In this document: positions 1 through 15,199 of the stretch, piece by piece
Numbering within the stretch: the first letter of the stretch is position 1
Layout of the letters: the number at the start of each line of letters is the position of its first letter
Source of the DNA: Cladosporium halotolerans
Taxonomy: Eukaryota
Assembly: GCF_011745625.1 (NCBI RefSeq)
Contig: NW_027191483.1
Coordinates: 62,001-126,000, forward strand
DNA: 64,000 bases
Direction: 5' to 3'
Program-made: the position numbers and the translations under genes
The notes under the pieces: generated by a model
The model's input: the letters and a program-made list of their open reading frames with translations, nothing else
The model's database searches: none
What the model was told of the DNA's origin: nothing

Positions 1-944
1 TCCGCCGGCGGCGTGGCTCGCCTTCGCCCTACGAGAATTGCGCGAGCAGCGAGGCACCTCAGACAGCCAGCAGCACAGCAGACGCCCGGACATGGTGGGA
101 TGATGACAGCAGGCTCGCGCCGTTGCAGGGCCGCCACTCAGCCCCGCGGATAAAGGCAAACGGTTGCTACGCCTGCGGAAAAACCAAACAGCGTCATGCC
201 CGCCGTCTCATCTCCCGGCAGCGGAGATGCAGTGCGAACAGTGCTTGGCTAGCACGCGGCGAAATGGCATAGGGCGAATGGCCGCCTGTCGACCCGATAA
301 GGGAGGGCGGCGTGGGCAGGGCAGCGTGGGCAGCCAGACGGACGGGTGTGACAGCGTGCTACACCGCATTACAGTAATAGTAGCTCCGGGCGACGAAACG
401 CGGCCGTACTGCGGTTTCGCGCTCGCCGTCGACGGCATGACGATCGATGCGTGTCAGTGCTGGTGAGAGGTGGCTCAAGTGGGAGGGCTGGTGGGCCTGC
501 TCGGCAACGGAAGCAGCGCGCTCTGGCTCGACTTTGTCCTGGTGGGCGAGGGAGGGCGCGGAGGGCGCGCAGAGCCGCGGCAAACAGCAGAGCGTGGGCA
601 GACCAGACAGAGAGGGAGGGCAAACACTCGCGCGCCGCTGCAAACTCACGACTCCCTTCGCGCATTGAGCTGAGCGTCGCCCTGACCGTCCATCGCTGAG
701 CTGCTGCACCTCCGCCTGCTGTCGCCCGCGGCCTCCCGGCACTGTAATCGCTTACCTGATCCCGCCGAACGCGCGACCTGCCAGCCAGCCCGGTCCCACA
801 TTACTCGCCCCTCCTCCGATGCTCATGACCTTCCCAACCAAAACTTCCAGCGGCAGCCACCACCCAAATACCTCGCCTACCACTACTGCCCAGCGTCGTC
901 TCGACACACTCTCGCAACACATCACCGACACCACCTCCGCCACC

Positions 945-2844
945 ATGTCTTCCGAGCCTGTGTGAGTTCCTCCATCCCGCAACCCCCACCATCGTCGCCC
1001 AGCTGCCCCGCCATCCCACCGCCTGCTCGAGAAATCCTCCGCCAGAGCTCCGCCATCGCCATGGCTGCGAATGCATACGCGGTGGACAGCAGCGGCGCTG
1101 TAGATACACACACGCACCTCCTGTATCAGGAGTCTGCTCGCTCAAACGGCGACAATCGAGCGTTCCGCAAAATTCTCATGGCCTATGACACAACCCCACG
1201 TATACCCAGATGGCAGCATCACAACATTGCAAACGCCCGCCAGAGCAGCAGCTGACCTGGCTTCCTTCACAGTGGAGACTTCGGTCTCATTGGCCTTGCG
1301 GTCATGGGCCAGAACCTGATCCTCAACGCCGCCGACCACGGCCACACCGTCGTTGCCTTCAACCGCACCGTCGCCAAGGTCGACCGCTTCCTCGAGAACG
1401 AGGCCAAGGGCAAGAGCATTGTTGGCGCACACAGCATCAAGGAGTTCATCTCCAAGCTCAAGAAGCCCAGGCGCATGATGCTCCTCGTCATGGCCGGCAA
1501 GCCCGTCGACGACTTCATCGAGCTCCTCCTCGAGAACGGCCTTGAGGAGGGTGACATCGTCATCGACGGTGGCAACTCTCACTTCCCCGACACCAACCGC
1601 CGCACCAAGTACCTCCAGTCCAAGGGCATCCGCTACGTCGGCTCCGGTGTCTCCGGTGGTGAGGAGGGTGCCCGCTACGGCCCCTCCATCATGCCCGGTG
1701 GTAACGAGGAGGCCTGGCCTTACATCAAGGACATCCTCCAGGACATCTCCGCCAAGTCTGACGGCGAGGCCTGCTGCCAGTGGGTCGGTGACGAGGGTGC
1801 TGGCCACTACGTCAAGATGGTTCACAACGGTATTGAGTACGGTGACATGCAGCTCATCTCTGAGGTCAGTGCAGCATTGGAATCATATCGAGACCAAAAA
1901 CTAACATTCTGCAGGCCTACGACATCCTGAAGCGTGGTGTCGGTCTCAGCAACAAGGAGATCGGTGACGTTTTCGCCGAGTGGAACAAGGGCGTGCTCGA
2001 CTCTTTCCTCATCGAGATCACCCGCGACATCATGTACTACAACGACGAGGACGGCACTCCCCTCCTCGAGAAGATCCTCGACTCTGCTGGCCAGAAGGGT
2101 ACCGGCAAGTGGACCGCCATCAACGCCCTTGACATGGGTCAGCCCGTGACTCTCATCGGCGAGGCTGTCTTCTCCCGCTGCCTTTCTTCCCTCAAGGCTG
2201 AGCGTACCCGCGCCAGCGAGAAGCTCCAGGGCCCCAAGCCTAACTTCACCGGCGACAAGAAGGAGTTCATCGCCAACCTTGAGCAGGCCCTTTACGCCTC
2301 CAAGATCATCTCCTACGCCCAGGGCTTCATGCTCATGCAGGCCGTAAGTATTTGCTGTGAACATCGTCAGTGAACGAGGCCTTTACTAACACCTTCGTCA
2401 CAGGCCGCGAAGGACTACGGCTGGAAGCTCCAGAAGCCCGAGATCGCGCTCATGTGGCGCGGCGGCTGCATCATCCGCTCCGTCTTCCTCAAGGAGATCA
2501 CCAAGGCGTACCGCCAGAACCCGGACCTCGAGAACCTTCTCTTCGACGACTTCTTCCACAAGGCCATCAACACCGCCCAGGCCGGCTGGCGCGACGTCGT
2601 CTCCAAAGGCGCCCTCTGGGGCATCCCCACGCCCGCCTTCAGCACCGCCCTCTCCTTCTACGACGGCTACCGCACCAAGGACCTGCCCGCCAACATGCTC
2701 CAGGCCCAGCGCGACTACTTTGGCGCCCACACCTTCCGCATCAAGCCCGAGTTCGCCAGCGAGAAGTACCCCGAGGGCAAGGACATCCACGTCAACTGGA
2801 CCGGCCGCGGCGGCAACGTCTCCGCTTCCACCTACTCTGCTTAA
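945..2844 (+). CDS. gnd1: 6-phosphogluconate dehydrogenase, decarboxylating (492 aa; exons 945-961, 1273-1864, 1915-2343, 2404-2844)
   Basis: Spliced N-terminus MSSEPVGDFGLIGLAVMGQNL (Rossmann motif), VKMVHNGIEYGDMQL, GQKGTGKW, MWRGGCIIRS, QAQRDYFGAHT; three GT-AG introns with branch sites give a 1479-nt frame. Confidence 0.97.
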
Positions 2845-3751
2845 GCGGATCGGTGTCGAAGGCGAGAAGAGCTTGTCTGGCGGTTTGATTTTGAAGATGA
2901 AGAAGAAAATTGACTTGTCGTCCTGCTTTCGCTGCCTATGGTGGTGATGACGGCGGGGGCTTCGAGAAAGACGTAGAACGATGGAAACGACCCAACACAT
3001 AACTTTTTGCTTGATGATGGATGGATGGATGGATGCAGATAGAGTGATTTCAAAATCTTAACAGGCTCTATTGAAAAGAACCACGGATGAAAAGGATCAC
3101 CCCTCTCGTGCTGAAGCCCGGTGATGTTTCTTTCCTCTGATGTCTGCCACGCCACGCCCTTGTACCTAGAATCCGTGCCTGTGAGAGTAGACCGTCTTGT
3201 AATCCCTTCTCTGGCCCTCACCTGAGTGAGCACATGCCTCAATGAAAGGGCACCTCGACGCCGATCAAACCTAGGTAGGGAGCAAGGCGATGGGATCAGG
3301 TACCTAAGGTAACCCTCCCACGTGCTTTCTCCAGCGCCGATCTCGCTGCGATGCTCCGCAGAGTGCAGACCGCCAGAACAGAACAGAGCGGACGGAAGCA
3401 AGCAAGCTGCGGGGTCACGTGCGTTGAGACTTTCCACACGTCACATGACCGACCGACCGGCCGGGGCGGCCAGCAAGCGGCTCACGTGCAAGCAGGCAGG
3501 GAGGGAGGGAGGGGTTCGAGAGCATACATATCGAGGTGCTCGAAAAGTGAATTTTCCTTCACTATGAGAAAAAGAGAAAAGGTAGACGAGTTAAGTAGAA
3601 TGTGCACTTTTTTCTTTCAATGTGGTGTGGTATGGTATGGTATCTAATCTCTTTCCCCCGTCTATGCAAAACGTCGGCTCTCCAAGCCTTCTTCCTTCTA
3701 TCTATGGTCTCGTCTCTTCCCCATCTAATCTATCCTATGCAAACCCTCAAT

Positions 3752-5570
<1,819 letters not shown>

Positions 5571-7621
5571 GATGAATGGTGGGGCGGATGAGTGAGAGTA
5601 TGTAAATGCGCCGAGATGCGTTCACGGCGAGAAGGTGGGATGAGTGGCGGAGGGAGGAGGGAGGATGAGGATGAGAGGGCGGCGGTGGTGGCGGCGGGGG
5701 AGGGACGACGACAATAATATTGGTATGGGCGGCGGTGGTGCATGCAGGCGCAAGGTGTCGGCCGCCAGCCCACGGCCCACCGCTACTCCCGCCGCGCCAG
5801 CGCCCGCGGCAGGCCTCGCCCAGCGTGCCTCCCTCATCCCACCACGCGGCGTGGGCAGGCACTAGACTAGAGGCGACTAAGCAGCTCCCTCTTCGCCCTC
5901 CCTCGCCTCCCTCAATCAACAAGGGTCCAAGCAGCACTTTTTAAACGCTCGGGCCCGCCGCCACCTGAGACGAAACGAGGGCGGCTCGCGGTGACGGACC
6001 CGCCGCCTCGCAGTGGGCTTCGTCGACACCAATCACACACGGAGCCCTCGCCGCGACCAGCGACCCGGCTCCCTCCCGCCCGCCGCTCCATGACACCGAC
6101 GACACACGCATCCGCGCAGACGACAGCACGCCGCCCAGCGATTGCGCGTTGCGTCCTCAGATACCGCCGCGTTGGGCGCGCTGCCCTCCCACCCGTGCCT
6201 GGCAAGTGGCACACCCTCCCCGTCGCCGTCACGACCGTCTGCACGTCGGCTGCGCGAGCACCGGCGCTCTGCACGCAACCGGCGGTCTGGGGCTTGGTAG
6301 AGGCTTGTCCGGCGGCTGAAGAGCGGCGAGGGCTCTACCGAGCGCACTGTGAGGACTGGACTGCGGGCGTCGTCAAGCCCGCCGATGACGATTGCAGCGA
6401 CCCAGATAGATGAAGATGGCCGCTGCCGCGCCTGGCGATCGGCAAGGAGGCAGAGGGTCTCGAGGGTTAAGCTTGAACAACGGCCGGCGTCGTTGCTGTG
6501 TCGCGGCGGCTGCGGTGGGTCTTGGGATTGGATGAGTACGTACGCATCACGGCGCCGCCTCCTGACTGACGATGCTGCCATATGGGGGCCAATCTCACGC
6601 CCACGCGTGGCTTGCGGGAGCGCGTGTGGCGCTGACTGTGTAGACGAGCCCCTGTGTGTGAGTGTGGGTGTGCGCGCTGCTGCAGAGAGGTGTTGCGCCA
6701 TCAAACGGGCGGCGGACAGCTGCTGCGCGGGCTGACACGGCGCACAAGGCTGGGTCTCACGGCGCGGAGGTACGTCTGGATGTACATCGTACAGCCATCC
6801 ACGGGCAGACAGAGTTGCGGGCGGGCACAGTGACAACTGACAATGCGATCAGAGTTTGGCAGGGCCAACAGGCTCGAGGCCGATCTCAACGCGCCTACGT
6901 ACGCGCGCCCCCGGCTCATTAGCAGGCGCCGGGAAAGGCCGGCGGCGTGAGGCGTTTGCGGGCCTTCGTTGGTGGGAGGATGGCGCATTGGCGGGTGGTG
7001 GATGGACGTCTGTGCCTGTCTGTGTCGCAGCGTTGGCTCGTGGCCTGGCACAGTGCAGGCATCCCCTTTCCGCCGCGCTGAGGCTTGCGTCGCAGCTTGA
7101 ACGGGCGTCGCGTCGTCCGCCGTCTGGCGCTGCAGAGTCGTCGTGTCGTCGCCGATGCGATCGTCGCCGCCGCCCGTCGCCGCATCCCTGCCGGCCCTCT
7201 GATACCGCACGCCGGCGATGGCTGTCCTTGGTCCGTTGCTGCAGCGCTGGCTGCTTGTAGCTGCTGCCGCCCGTCATCGCGCGCCCGACTGTTATTTTTC
7301 GTGACACGCCATTCCTTTGCACCTGACACCCGTCCTTCCCCTCCCACACCCATTCTACCACCACCTCTTGATATTATTTTTTTCTCTCCTGCGCCACGAC
7401 CGCTGTCGCACCGGCCAGGCCGCTTCTTCGCTTCTCACCACTGCAGCTGCGCATCTGTCGCGCTCCCCGCGCCGCTACTGCATTCCGCGTAATCTTTCCG
7501 CCAACCGCTAGCTGGCTGTACCCTTCGCCGTCCAGACCTCAACTGTTGCCAGACCTTCTCTGCGCAGTACACCCAACACCGTTCTCCCGCACACCCACAC
7601 CCACCGCACACTCTAGTCACA

Positions 7622-9083
7622 ATGGCCGAAAAGGAAAGAGTCTCGGGCGAGATCGAGATGGAGGCCCGCCAGTCGCCCCAGGAGCCCGTCCTCCCTACTC
7701 ACAACCCGGCGGCCGAGAAGCCTGCGCCTGCTCAGGCTGGCATCCACCCAGCCGTCTACATCGCGTACGTGCGACTGCAATGAGAATAGCTGGGAGACTT
7801 GCTGACGGACAAACAGCGCATGGATCTCCCTATCTTCCTCCGTCATTCTGTTCAACAAGTACATCCTCGATACCATGGGCTTCCGCTTCCGTATGCGCCT
7901 CCTGAAGAACATCCAGAAACACACGAGCTCGAAACTGACAAAATGCTGCAGCCATTGTCCTCACAACATGGCACTTGGGTTTTGCGACTTTCATGACCCA
8001 GATCCTCGCCCGCTTCACCAACGTCCTTGATTCCCGCAAGAAGGTCCCCATGACCGGCAAGATCTACTTGCGCGCCATTGTGCCCATTGGCGTTATGTTC
8101 TCTCTTTCGCTCATCTGCGGCAACGTCACCTACCTCTACCTCTCGGTCTCCTTCATCCAGATGCTCAAGGTGCGCATTCGCTGAAATCTTTGCGCTCTAA
8201 GTTCTAGGGCTAACCAATCCACAGGCCACTACTCCCGTTGCCGTTCTTATCGCTTCCTGGATCATGGGCGTTGCGCCGCCTAACCTGAAGACCCTCGGCA
8301 ACGTCTCTTTCATCGTCCTCGGTGTGATCATTGCCTCCTACGGCGAGATCAAGTTTGTCATGATGGGTTTCCTCTTCCAGATTGCTGGCATCGCTTTCGA
8401 GGCCACTCGTCTGGTTATGGTCCAGAAGCTCCTCTCCTCCGCCGAGTTCAAGATGGACCCCCTTGTCTCTCTTTACTACTTCGCGCCTGCTTGCGCTGTC
8501 ATGAACGGCATCACCAGCTTGTTCGTTGAGGTGCCTCACATGTCCTGGGCAGACATTGAGAAGGTCGGATACTTCGTTCTCCTCGCCAACGCTCTCGTTG
8601 CTTTCGCCCTGAACGTCTCCGTCGTTTTCCTGGTAAGCAAATTTCCCCTACTCTCCAGCATGCCTGAAACCCAGCTAACTCCCCAAACAGATCGGCAAGA
8701 CCTCTGGCCTCGTCATGACCCTCTGCGGTGTGCTCAAGGACATCCTCCTTGTCGTTGCCTCCATGATGATCTTCCGCGACCCCGTTTCCCCCCTCCAGTT
8801 CTTCGGCTACAGCATCGCCCTCGGCGGCCTCGTCTACTACAAGCTCGGCGCCGACAAGATCAAGGAGCACATGGGCAACGGCCAGCGCGCCTGGGCCGAC
8901 TACGGCGTCCGCCACCCGGCCGCCCGCAAGCTCATCGTCATCGGCCTTGTCCTCTTCACCCTCATCCTGCTCCTCGGCGGCGCCGGCCACTCCGGCGCCA
9001 TCCCCAGCCAGTACACCGACTACGCCAACAACAAGCTCTCCGGCATCGTCAACGGCGGCACCGGTGCTGCTTCCGGCCACTAA
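7622..9083 (+). CDS. ugtA: TPT-family nucleotide-sugar transporter, probable UDP-galactofuranose transporter GlfB/UgtA (411 aa; exons 7622-7764, 7817-7890, 7952-8169, 8225-8632, 8691-9083)
   Basis: IHPAVYIAAWISLSSSVILFNK, GNVTYLYLSVSFIQMLKAT, FKMDPLVSLYYFAP, GKTSGLVMTLCGVLKDILLV; multipass hydrophobic; adjacent to ugmA as in Aspergillus. Confidence 0.88.
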
Positions 9084-10095
9084 AGCGTCACTTTTGACGT
9101 GATTCTCACATGTAAAGAGCTGAGGGCGTACGACAAGGCTGGTTTAATAGGATACGATATGACGGGAAAAAGGCCAGCTACACCAGCAGCATCGAGGAGC
9201 TCTGCCGCGTCGCCGCAGGCGGCAGCAGCACTCGTCGTTTTACATTCTTCGACTTCCCCTATTCGCATAGGTCTCGAGCCAGCGAACGGTTTTCTCAAAC
9301 GGGGACCTCGCACGGCGACGGACCACGCTCGCATAGATTTTTCCCGCGGACGCAAACATCGCTGTCCGCGGTCACAACAACCACAACACCACAACGCTCC
9401 CAAAAAAAATCAGGCAGAGAAAAAAAAAATCCAATCATCATCCAGGGAAAGAGATACCACTTGGCGGAGCAAGGGTGGGTGGGGGGAACCAACGGCGTTT
9501 TCTCCATTTCCCCTTTTTTTTCCCGTGTTTTTTACACTTGCTTTTCATTTTGTTCAGCTCCTCATTTTCCTTTTGCTAGCTCGCGCGCGCGGATCGAGGG
9601 CGAGAGGATCGGTCCTCTGTTGTTGTATGATTACATCTGATGAGACGGAGGGAGGCGGGGGGGGAGTGTAGGAAGGAAGAACGAGGAGAGATACCTGAAA
9701 GAAAAAAGCATTTTTCAAAACATCACCCGCCGTATTCTTCCATCCTGTTCTCAAATCGCGTCCAAATCCGAGGTGTCGCATCGCTTTCGCTCCGTGACCT
9801 GCTCGCTCAGGCTCGCTCTCTCCCTCCCTCCAGCAGGAAAGTCCACCGCACGAGAGTCTTTCGCCCTCCCAGCAGACGCGCGACTTATTAGGTACCTAGG
9901 TAATCAATCACTTCCGAATCTCAGCTGGCGGACAGCCAACCAACCTCTCGCCGCGCGCCGATCCGCCGCGCTCTCCCTTTCTCAAGAACGGCACCGCACG
10001 TCTTCTCGCTCCTCGTCTGGAGAAGAGAAAGGAAGGGCTGTGCGTCAAAGGGGGATGGAAGGATGGCTGTTGGTTGGTTGGCTGCGCTGGGGGTC

Positions 10096-10260
10096 GTTGC
10101 GTTGCGTTGCGTTGCGTTGCGTTGCTTTGGATCGCGTTGGATTGCAATTGCGCTGCGTTGCGTTGGATTGCGATTGCAGTGGAGTTGCTCTGGATTGCAT
10201 TGGGGTTTGCATTGGGATTGCATTGCACAGGATCAATCAAATTGAATCACATTGGAATGA
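10096..10260. repeat. Pentanucleotide microsatellite (GTTGC)6 decaying into TTGCA/TTGGA variants
   Basis: Six perfect GTTGC units at 10096-10125, then degenerate 5-6 nt units. Confidence 0.85.
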
Positions 10261-11078
10261 AAAGAGGTGAAAGTGTCCGATCCCTGCCATGGACTACCGT
10301 CGTATTCCCTACCCTCGCCTTCCGTGTTCAGACAAGGACTTCTTTGGACGACGGCGATGAGAGAGGTGGGGAGATTTCAGAGCCGACGAACCGTGAGCAC
10401 AGTGGTGTCGTGGAGTCTTCTCCGGAGCAGAATCGTAGGTTGGCGGGGGATCTAAAAGGAGGACTCAGCAGGACAGTCAGTAGTCGCTACTGCGTTTGGC
10501 TCTCCGATGACGGTCTTGTCTGTAGTTGGTGCGCAGGTTGGGCGAGTCGAAAGCTGCTGTGATCCGTCCGTCCTTTGACTGGTTCTTACCACACACGACT
10601 TCGTTTGGAAACTCAAGCAGACGAAAGATCCTCAGTGACTCCAAACGAAAAAGTAGTGGCCTTTGGAGCAAAAAGACAAGTGCACAGTAGGTAAGTTTCG
10701 AATCAAATGTCTTGTTCTTTCTATCGTACAGGCCTTCAAGGAAGGCAAAGAACCCGTCCCTGTTCACTCTTGCTATAGCTGTCAATGGCTGGGGGTATCA
10801 TCGTACAACCTGCTGCATTTCCATTTCCCAATGCAAAGCCGGATTAAAAGGTAGAAAAATAGGTAAAAGGTGGTAATCGAACTCAAAGAGATGATGATGG
10901 CGAAGCTGTGGTGTGGCATGTGTCGCCGCGGAAAGCGTCAAGCGGCGTGTGTGCGTGTGGGCAAAAGACGTGTTCCTTTTCCGTCCCATTGTGTTCCTTG
11001 TCCTGTGAGAGCCTCCGGCGTCCGGCGTGGTTTTTTGTTTCTTTCTTGTTTCGTTCGTGTGTCCGGTTTTTGTTTTCT

Positions 11079-12446
11079 TTACTTCGCCAGCGAGTCCAGC
11101 TCGTACGCCCTGCCGGCGCCCGCCGTCGCGAAGTCCTTCCTCTTCGTCCCGGACAGCACGCGGCTGACGCCGCTCTGGTGCACCTGCAATTGCTGCTGCT
11201 CTCTTTCTCTGGCAATGATCGGGTCGACGGAGCCCGTCGGACTAGGCGAGCGGTCGCGGATGACGCCCTCGCTCTCGCTCTTGGTCCGGTGCTCGGATAA
11301 GCTGGACGTCGAATCGCTGCTGGGCGCGGCCTCGACCTGCGCGGTGCTCTCGCCGGGTCCGCGGGCGAGCTCGAAGCTCTCGTTCTGCACAGTCCAGGTG
11401 GTGGTCTGCAGGATGGTGCCGTTCTTGGTCTGGCCCTCGGACTGCGACTGGCCGGTGCTGCCGGTCTTATTGGCGGAGCCGTGGTTCATGGTCTGCGAGA
11501 GCAGCTTCTCGCGAGTGAGGGTGTAGAGCAGGCAGTCGACCCAGCCGCAGCAGGCGAGCAGGGCGCCGGTGACGGCGTTGGTCACCTCGCTGGGGCTCTT
11601 GCCGCCGCGGGCCATGGACCACATGCGCGCAGCGCTGAGGGGAAGGGTGAGGACGACGTAGACGAGGGGATACAGCATCATGAGGGTCGTGATGCGGTTG
11701 ACGGCATTGATGCTGGCCTGGTTGGTGACGGAGACGCCGGCGTGGCGATCCTCGGCGAAGAGCGAGCGGGTCTTGTGGCGGAGCTGCAGGATGGTGACGG
11801 CGTAGAGGACGATGAGGCCGAATTCGGACAGGAAGAGCCAGAAGTAGTGCAGGCCCAGGCGCTCGGGCTCGTAGTCACTGCTGATCCAGCACCAGGAGCC
11901 GGCGCGGACGAAGTAGTCGTGCGGGTGGATGGCGAGGCCGATGACGGTGAGGAAGATGGCGGCTGCCCAGATAATCAGGATGATGCAAGTGAAGATTCGG
12001 TATGGTACGCGACGGCTCATGACGGCCGTCCAGTACGTGTGGATGGCAATGGCGAGGACGAAAAAGGCGCTCGAAACATCGCCAAGGTGGAGGAAGAAGC
12101 CTTGCGCTGAGCAGCCGGGTGTGGGAGCCAGGATGGCATCTTTCGCTATCCAGTAGAAGCTGACGAGGAAGGAAGCTGCTTGGAAGAGGTCTGCCAGCAC
12201 GAGGTTGAGGAAAAGCAAGACATATTGGTTATATCCGATGAATGTCTTGTAGTGGTCTCTCCAGGTCGCGAATCGGTAGAAGATAAAGCTGAGTAGCGAC
12301 AGCGTCGCGAGGAAAGAAACCAGACCGCAGATGCCAATCACAATGAGGCCGATGCTGAGGCTTGAAGTGAGCGGTGTAATGCTGTGCGGTGGTGGGAAGT
12401 ATGCAGCCTGTCCATCGTACACGAAGGTCTTGTCTGCTGAAGACAT
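11079..12446 (-). CDS. Seven-transmembrane G-protein-coupled receptor, Git3/Gpr1-like (455 aa, single exon)
   Basis: About 7 hydrophobic segments; NLVLADLFQA, CSAQGFFLHLGDVSS, AGSWCWI, RLGLHYFW, MMLYPLVY, GWVDCLLY; Ser-rich cytosolic tail. Confidence 0.85.
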   Translation of the reverse strand: MSSADKTFVYDGQAAYFPPPHSITPLTSSLSIGLIVIGICGLVSFLATLSLLSFIFYRFATWRDHYKTFIGYNQYVLLFLNLVLADLFQAASFLVSFYWIAKDAILAPTPGCSAQGFFLHLGDVSSAFFVLAIAIHTYWTAVMSRRVPYRIFTCIILIIWAAAIFLTVIGLAIHPHDYFVRAGSWCWISSDYEPERLGLHYFWLFLSEFGLIVLYAVTILQLRHKTRSLFAEDRHAGVSVTNQASINAVNRITTLMMLYPLVYVVLTLPLSAARMWSMARGGKSPSEVTNAVTGALLACCGWVDCLLYTLTREKLLSQTMNHGSANKTGSTGQSQSEGQTKNGTILQTTTWTVQNESFELARGPGESTAQVEAAPSSDSTSSLSEHRTKSESEGVIRDRSPSPTGSVDPIIAREREQQQLQVHQSGVSRVLSGTKRKDFATAGAGRAYELDSLAK

Positions 12447-15199
12447 GGCCTCAATTGGTCACGGCACGAAACCAGGCCAATTCCTACGACAATCGTGATT
12501 AGTAGGCGGCACGCAAAACCGGGAAGAGCATGGATGAGTTTAGAGACGAGATGTTGCAACGGGAGGCCGTCTGTGTAAGAGGACCGATCGACGGGGAGAA
12601 CTTGCTCCCGTGTGTGTGCAGTGACCTCTGTCGCAAGCAGACGCCACCGTTTGCCTATTCTCAGGTCCCAACTTAACAGGGGTAAAACGAACGGTGACTT
12701 ACCAGAGTGGGCAGGTCCAGACTACTGCTACGCGGCAAAGACGGGCGGCCGAGTGGGAAGTATTATCGAATCCTCTGTTAATTGATATGCGCCACAATTA
12801 AACCTGGTGACCGACAGGCTTGTGAAACTCCGGGGTACAATGGTCGGTACTGGTCAGAACGGAAGTCGGGATGGCGGTTGGTCGATCAGGGCGAGGAGGA
12901 AAGTGTGCCCTTCTGGCTGTCAAAGCACCTAGAAGCAACAAGGTAGGTTCGACCGGCTGGAACGCAAAGTTCGAAGGCTGGTGAATGAGAAATCGAGAAC
13001 GAGCGAAGCCGACGGGGATGTGGGACAGGGGACAAAACATATAGCGTCCAAGGGCTCTGTTTCCTCTTCGACCGTTTCCCTGTCCTCGCCAGGGTAGACA
13101 GGGAGAGAGTCGTGACAGTCTTCCCTCCGCAGATGTTCCAGTGGCAGGCGGTGCGTCGAGCGTGCTGCACTCCACCGACCCTGAGGGCGATCTGGTGAAC
13201 AAACTTCACGAAGCGCGTGTCTTGAATCGCATGGCGCTGCCCGTAGTGCCTGGACCCAGTAGTTGCCGCGAGGCAGAGAGCAAGATCGGCAGGCCGGTGG
13301 CCGTCAGCTGTGGCTAGCTGGAGGGCGTAAGCGAATGGGCGAGGGAGCCGTGTCGACCGTTTCGAACCGCACCCTTGTCGCCGGGCGTGGAGACACCCAG
13401 GGCTTCTCGCCCTAAGACTCAAGATCTGCAGGCACCGGTCATGCTTGAGTCTCGCAAGCTCCCCCACGCGTCTTGGGGGAAGAACGTCGGCAGGCGTCTG
13501 CGGCGTCGAGTTGGCGTGTCCCAATCATTGCAACGTTGAGCAGGCCTGCACTGGCCTCAGGTCGTCGTTCTGCTGGCGGTCATTGGCCTGTCGGAACCCC
13601 TTCCAGACGCTCGACGCGTCGTATAAACCACCTTATTATTTCGTGATCTGCGGCGCCGTCTGCCGTGGAGTTCGTCCCGAAAGTCTACGAGGCAGGTGCC
13701 TTCTCGGGTCAGACTCTGAACTACCTACCCTCAGCAGGATCACCGTCGTGCAGTCGCCAGGATCGCTGATGGTCGTGGGCTCTGCTGGGCACGACCATCA
13801 CGATGGACAAGCCTCCCCATAGCGCTCGCGTGACATGGAGTCGCCGTGAAGATGGGGGCGGGAGCCAGGGGCGCCACCAAGCATCTGTGCCCTCGGCTTG
13901 GCGTGGTCATAATCGCCAACAAGCCTCGGTCGCAGGCTCCATGTCGCCACCCGGCAGCGGCTTCTGTCTGCCGCTTGTCTTTCGGCCAGCGAGCCTTGTG
14001 TATGCCGGCAACGGTGACACGGGTGGCAGACGTTGCACGGAATAATAACATTAACATCGACCGCCCTCAGCAACAGTGCAGTCTCCCGCGATGCAGCTAC
14101 GGAGAAAACCAAGCACTTAGGTTTCTTCACACCCGCATGGTCGGCGGGCCCGGGCGGGGGAGGAGCGCGCAAGGACCGCAACCTTCCTGCTCTCAGGTCC
14201 AACGTCGCCAATCTGCAGACCCGTCCCCAGCAGCAGCCAAGCAGCCAAGTCCAGGCTTCACCCTCACATCACCATCCCTCCACGCACATCAACCCTGAAG
14301 TACCTAGACAAAACGCCACCTGCGAGCCAAGCAACATGCCCACACACACACGCATCCATAGCGGCGGCCAACTCGCAGCAGCGCGCGCCCCCAAAACGCA
14401 GGTACCCTAACGCGCGCGCGCGCTCTGGCATTCTCTCGCCCGCCCTAGATCCTTCGCGCGCTCAACTTCGCCGGGCCCGGCATTGAGCCGTCTCACATGG
14501 GAAGTTACCTGCCGCGCGGAACGGACTTGACTGTGAGATTTGCTGTTGCGAAAGGCGGCGCGCGCAGGACGGGCAGTCGCTGTCGCAGTCGCTGGTTTGC
14601 CCTACGGCTCTAGGTGCCTAGTCGATCCTCGGAGGAGCTCCCTCCGGTCGGTCGCCTGGGCTGGAGGGTGGTTTTCAGGTGGTTGATTATTGCGCGTAGG
14701 GGTTGGAGGAAGGGGGTTGGTGCGGGTGACGATCGTTTGGTCGGGATTGTCTTCGATTTGGCGGAGGGCTTGAGGGCGCGGAAAGCGCTGATTTGTGTGG
14801 TTGGCGGGCATTTGCTTGTATGTAATGATGTTCGATCTGGGGGAGGGTTTCCGAGGCGCGGAGAGCGTTGGCTTGTTCAGTTGACGATCGGTTGGTTGCA
14901 ATGTTGGATGCGGTGGATGGATTGCGGATTGCGGGTGAGCGATGAGAGTTCTGATGGATTTGTCTGCTCGACAATCGTCTGCATCCGACGTCAAGACTAT
15001 CCAGCCAGGGAATGGTTGGTAAATCAATGCTTACAGACTAACGTCAGTAGTGAAGGATGCAGGAATGATCTCTTGATTGAGTGTAAAGTCACTCTATATG
15101 CATGCAATACACTCCATGAAATACGGTACAATCTGCAAGGTGCATTGAGAATCACAAGGGACACGCTTCGCTCGGCACGTCAAGCGGCAGCCAACACCC

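Noticed and set aside
962..1272. Long (311-nt) first intron of gnd1 as a hidden alternative/PTS2 exon, as in Candida albicans GND1
   Set aside because: I found no in-frame RLx5HL-like motif or convincing internal acceptor/donor, and an in-frame TGA lies just upstream of the acceptor; RNA-seq would be needed
2842..2860. Stop-codon readthrough giving a cryptic PTS1 in gnd1 or other enzymes
   Set aside because: No TGA-CTA readthrough context at the stop codons I examined
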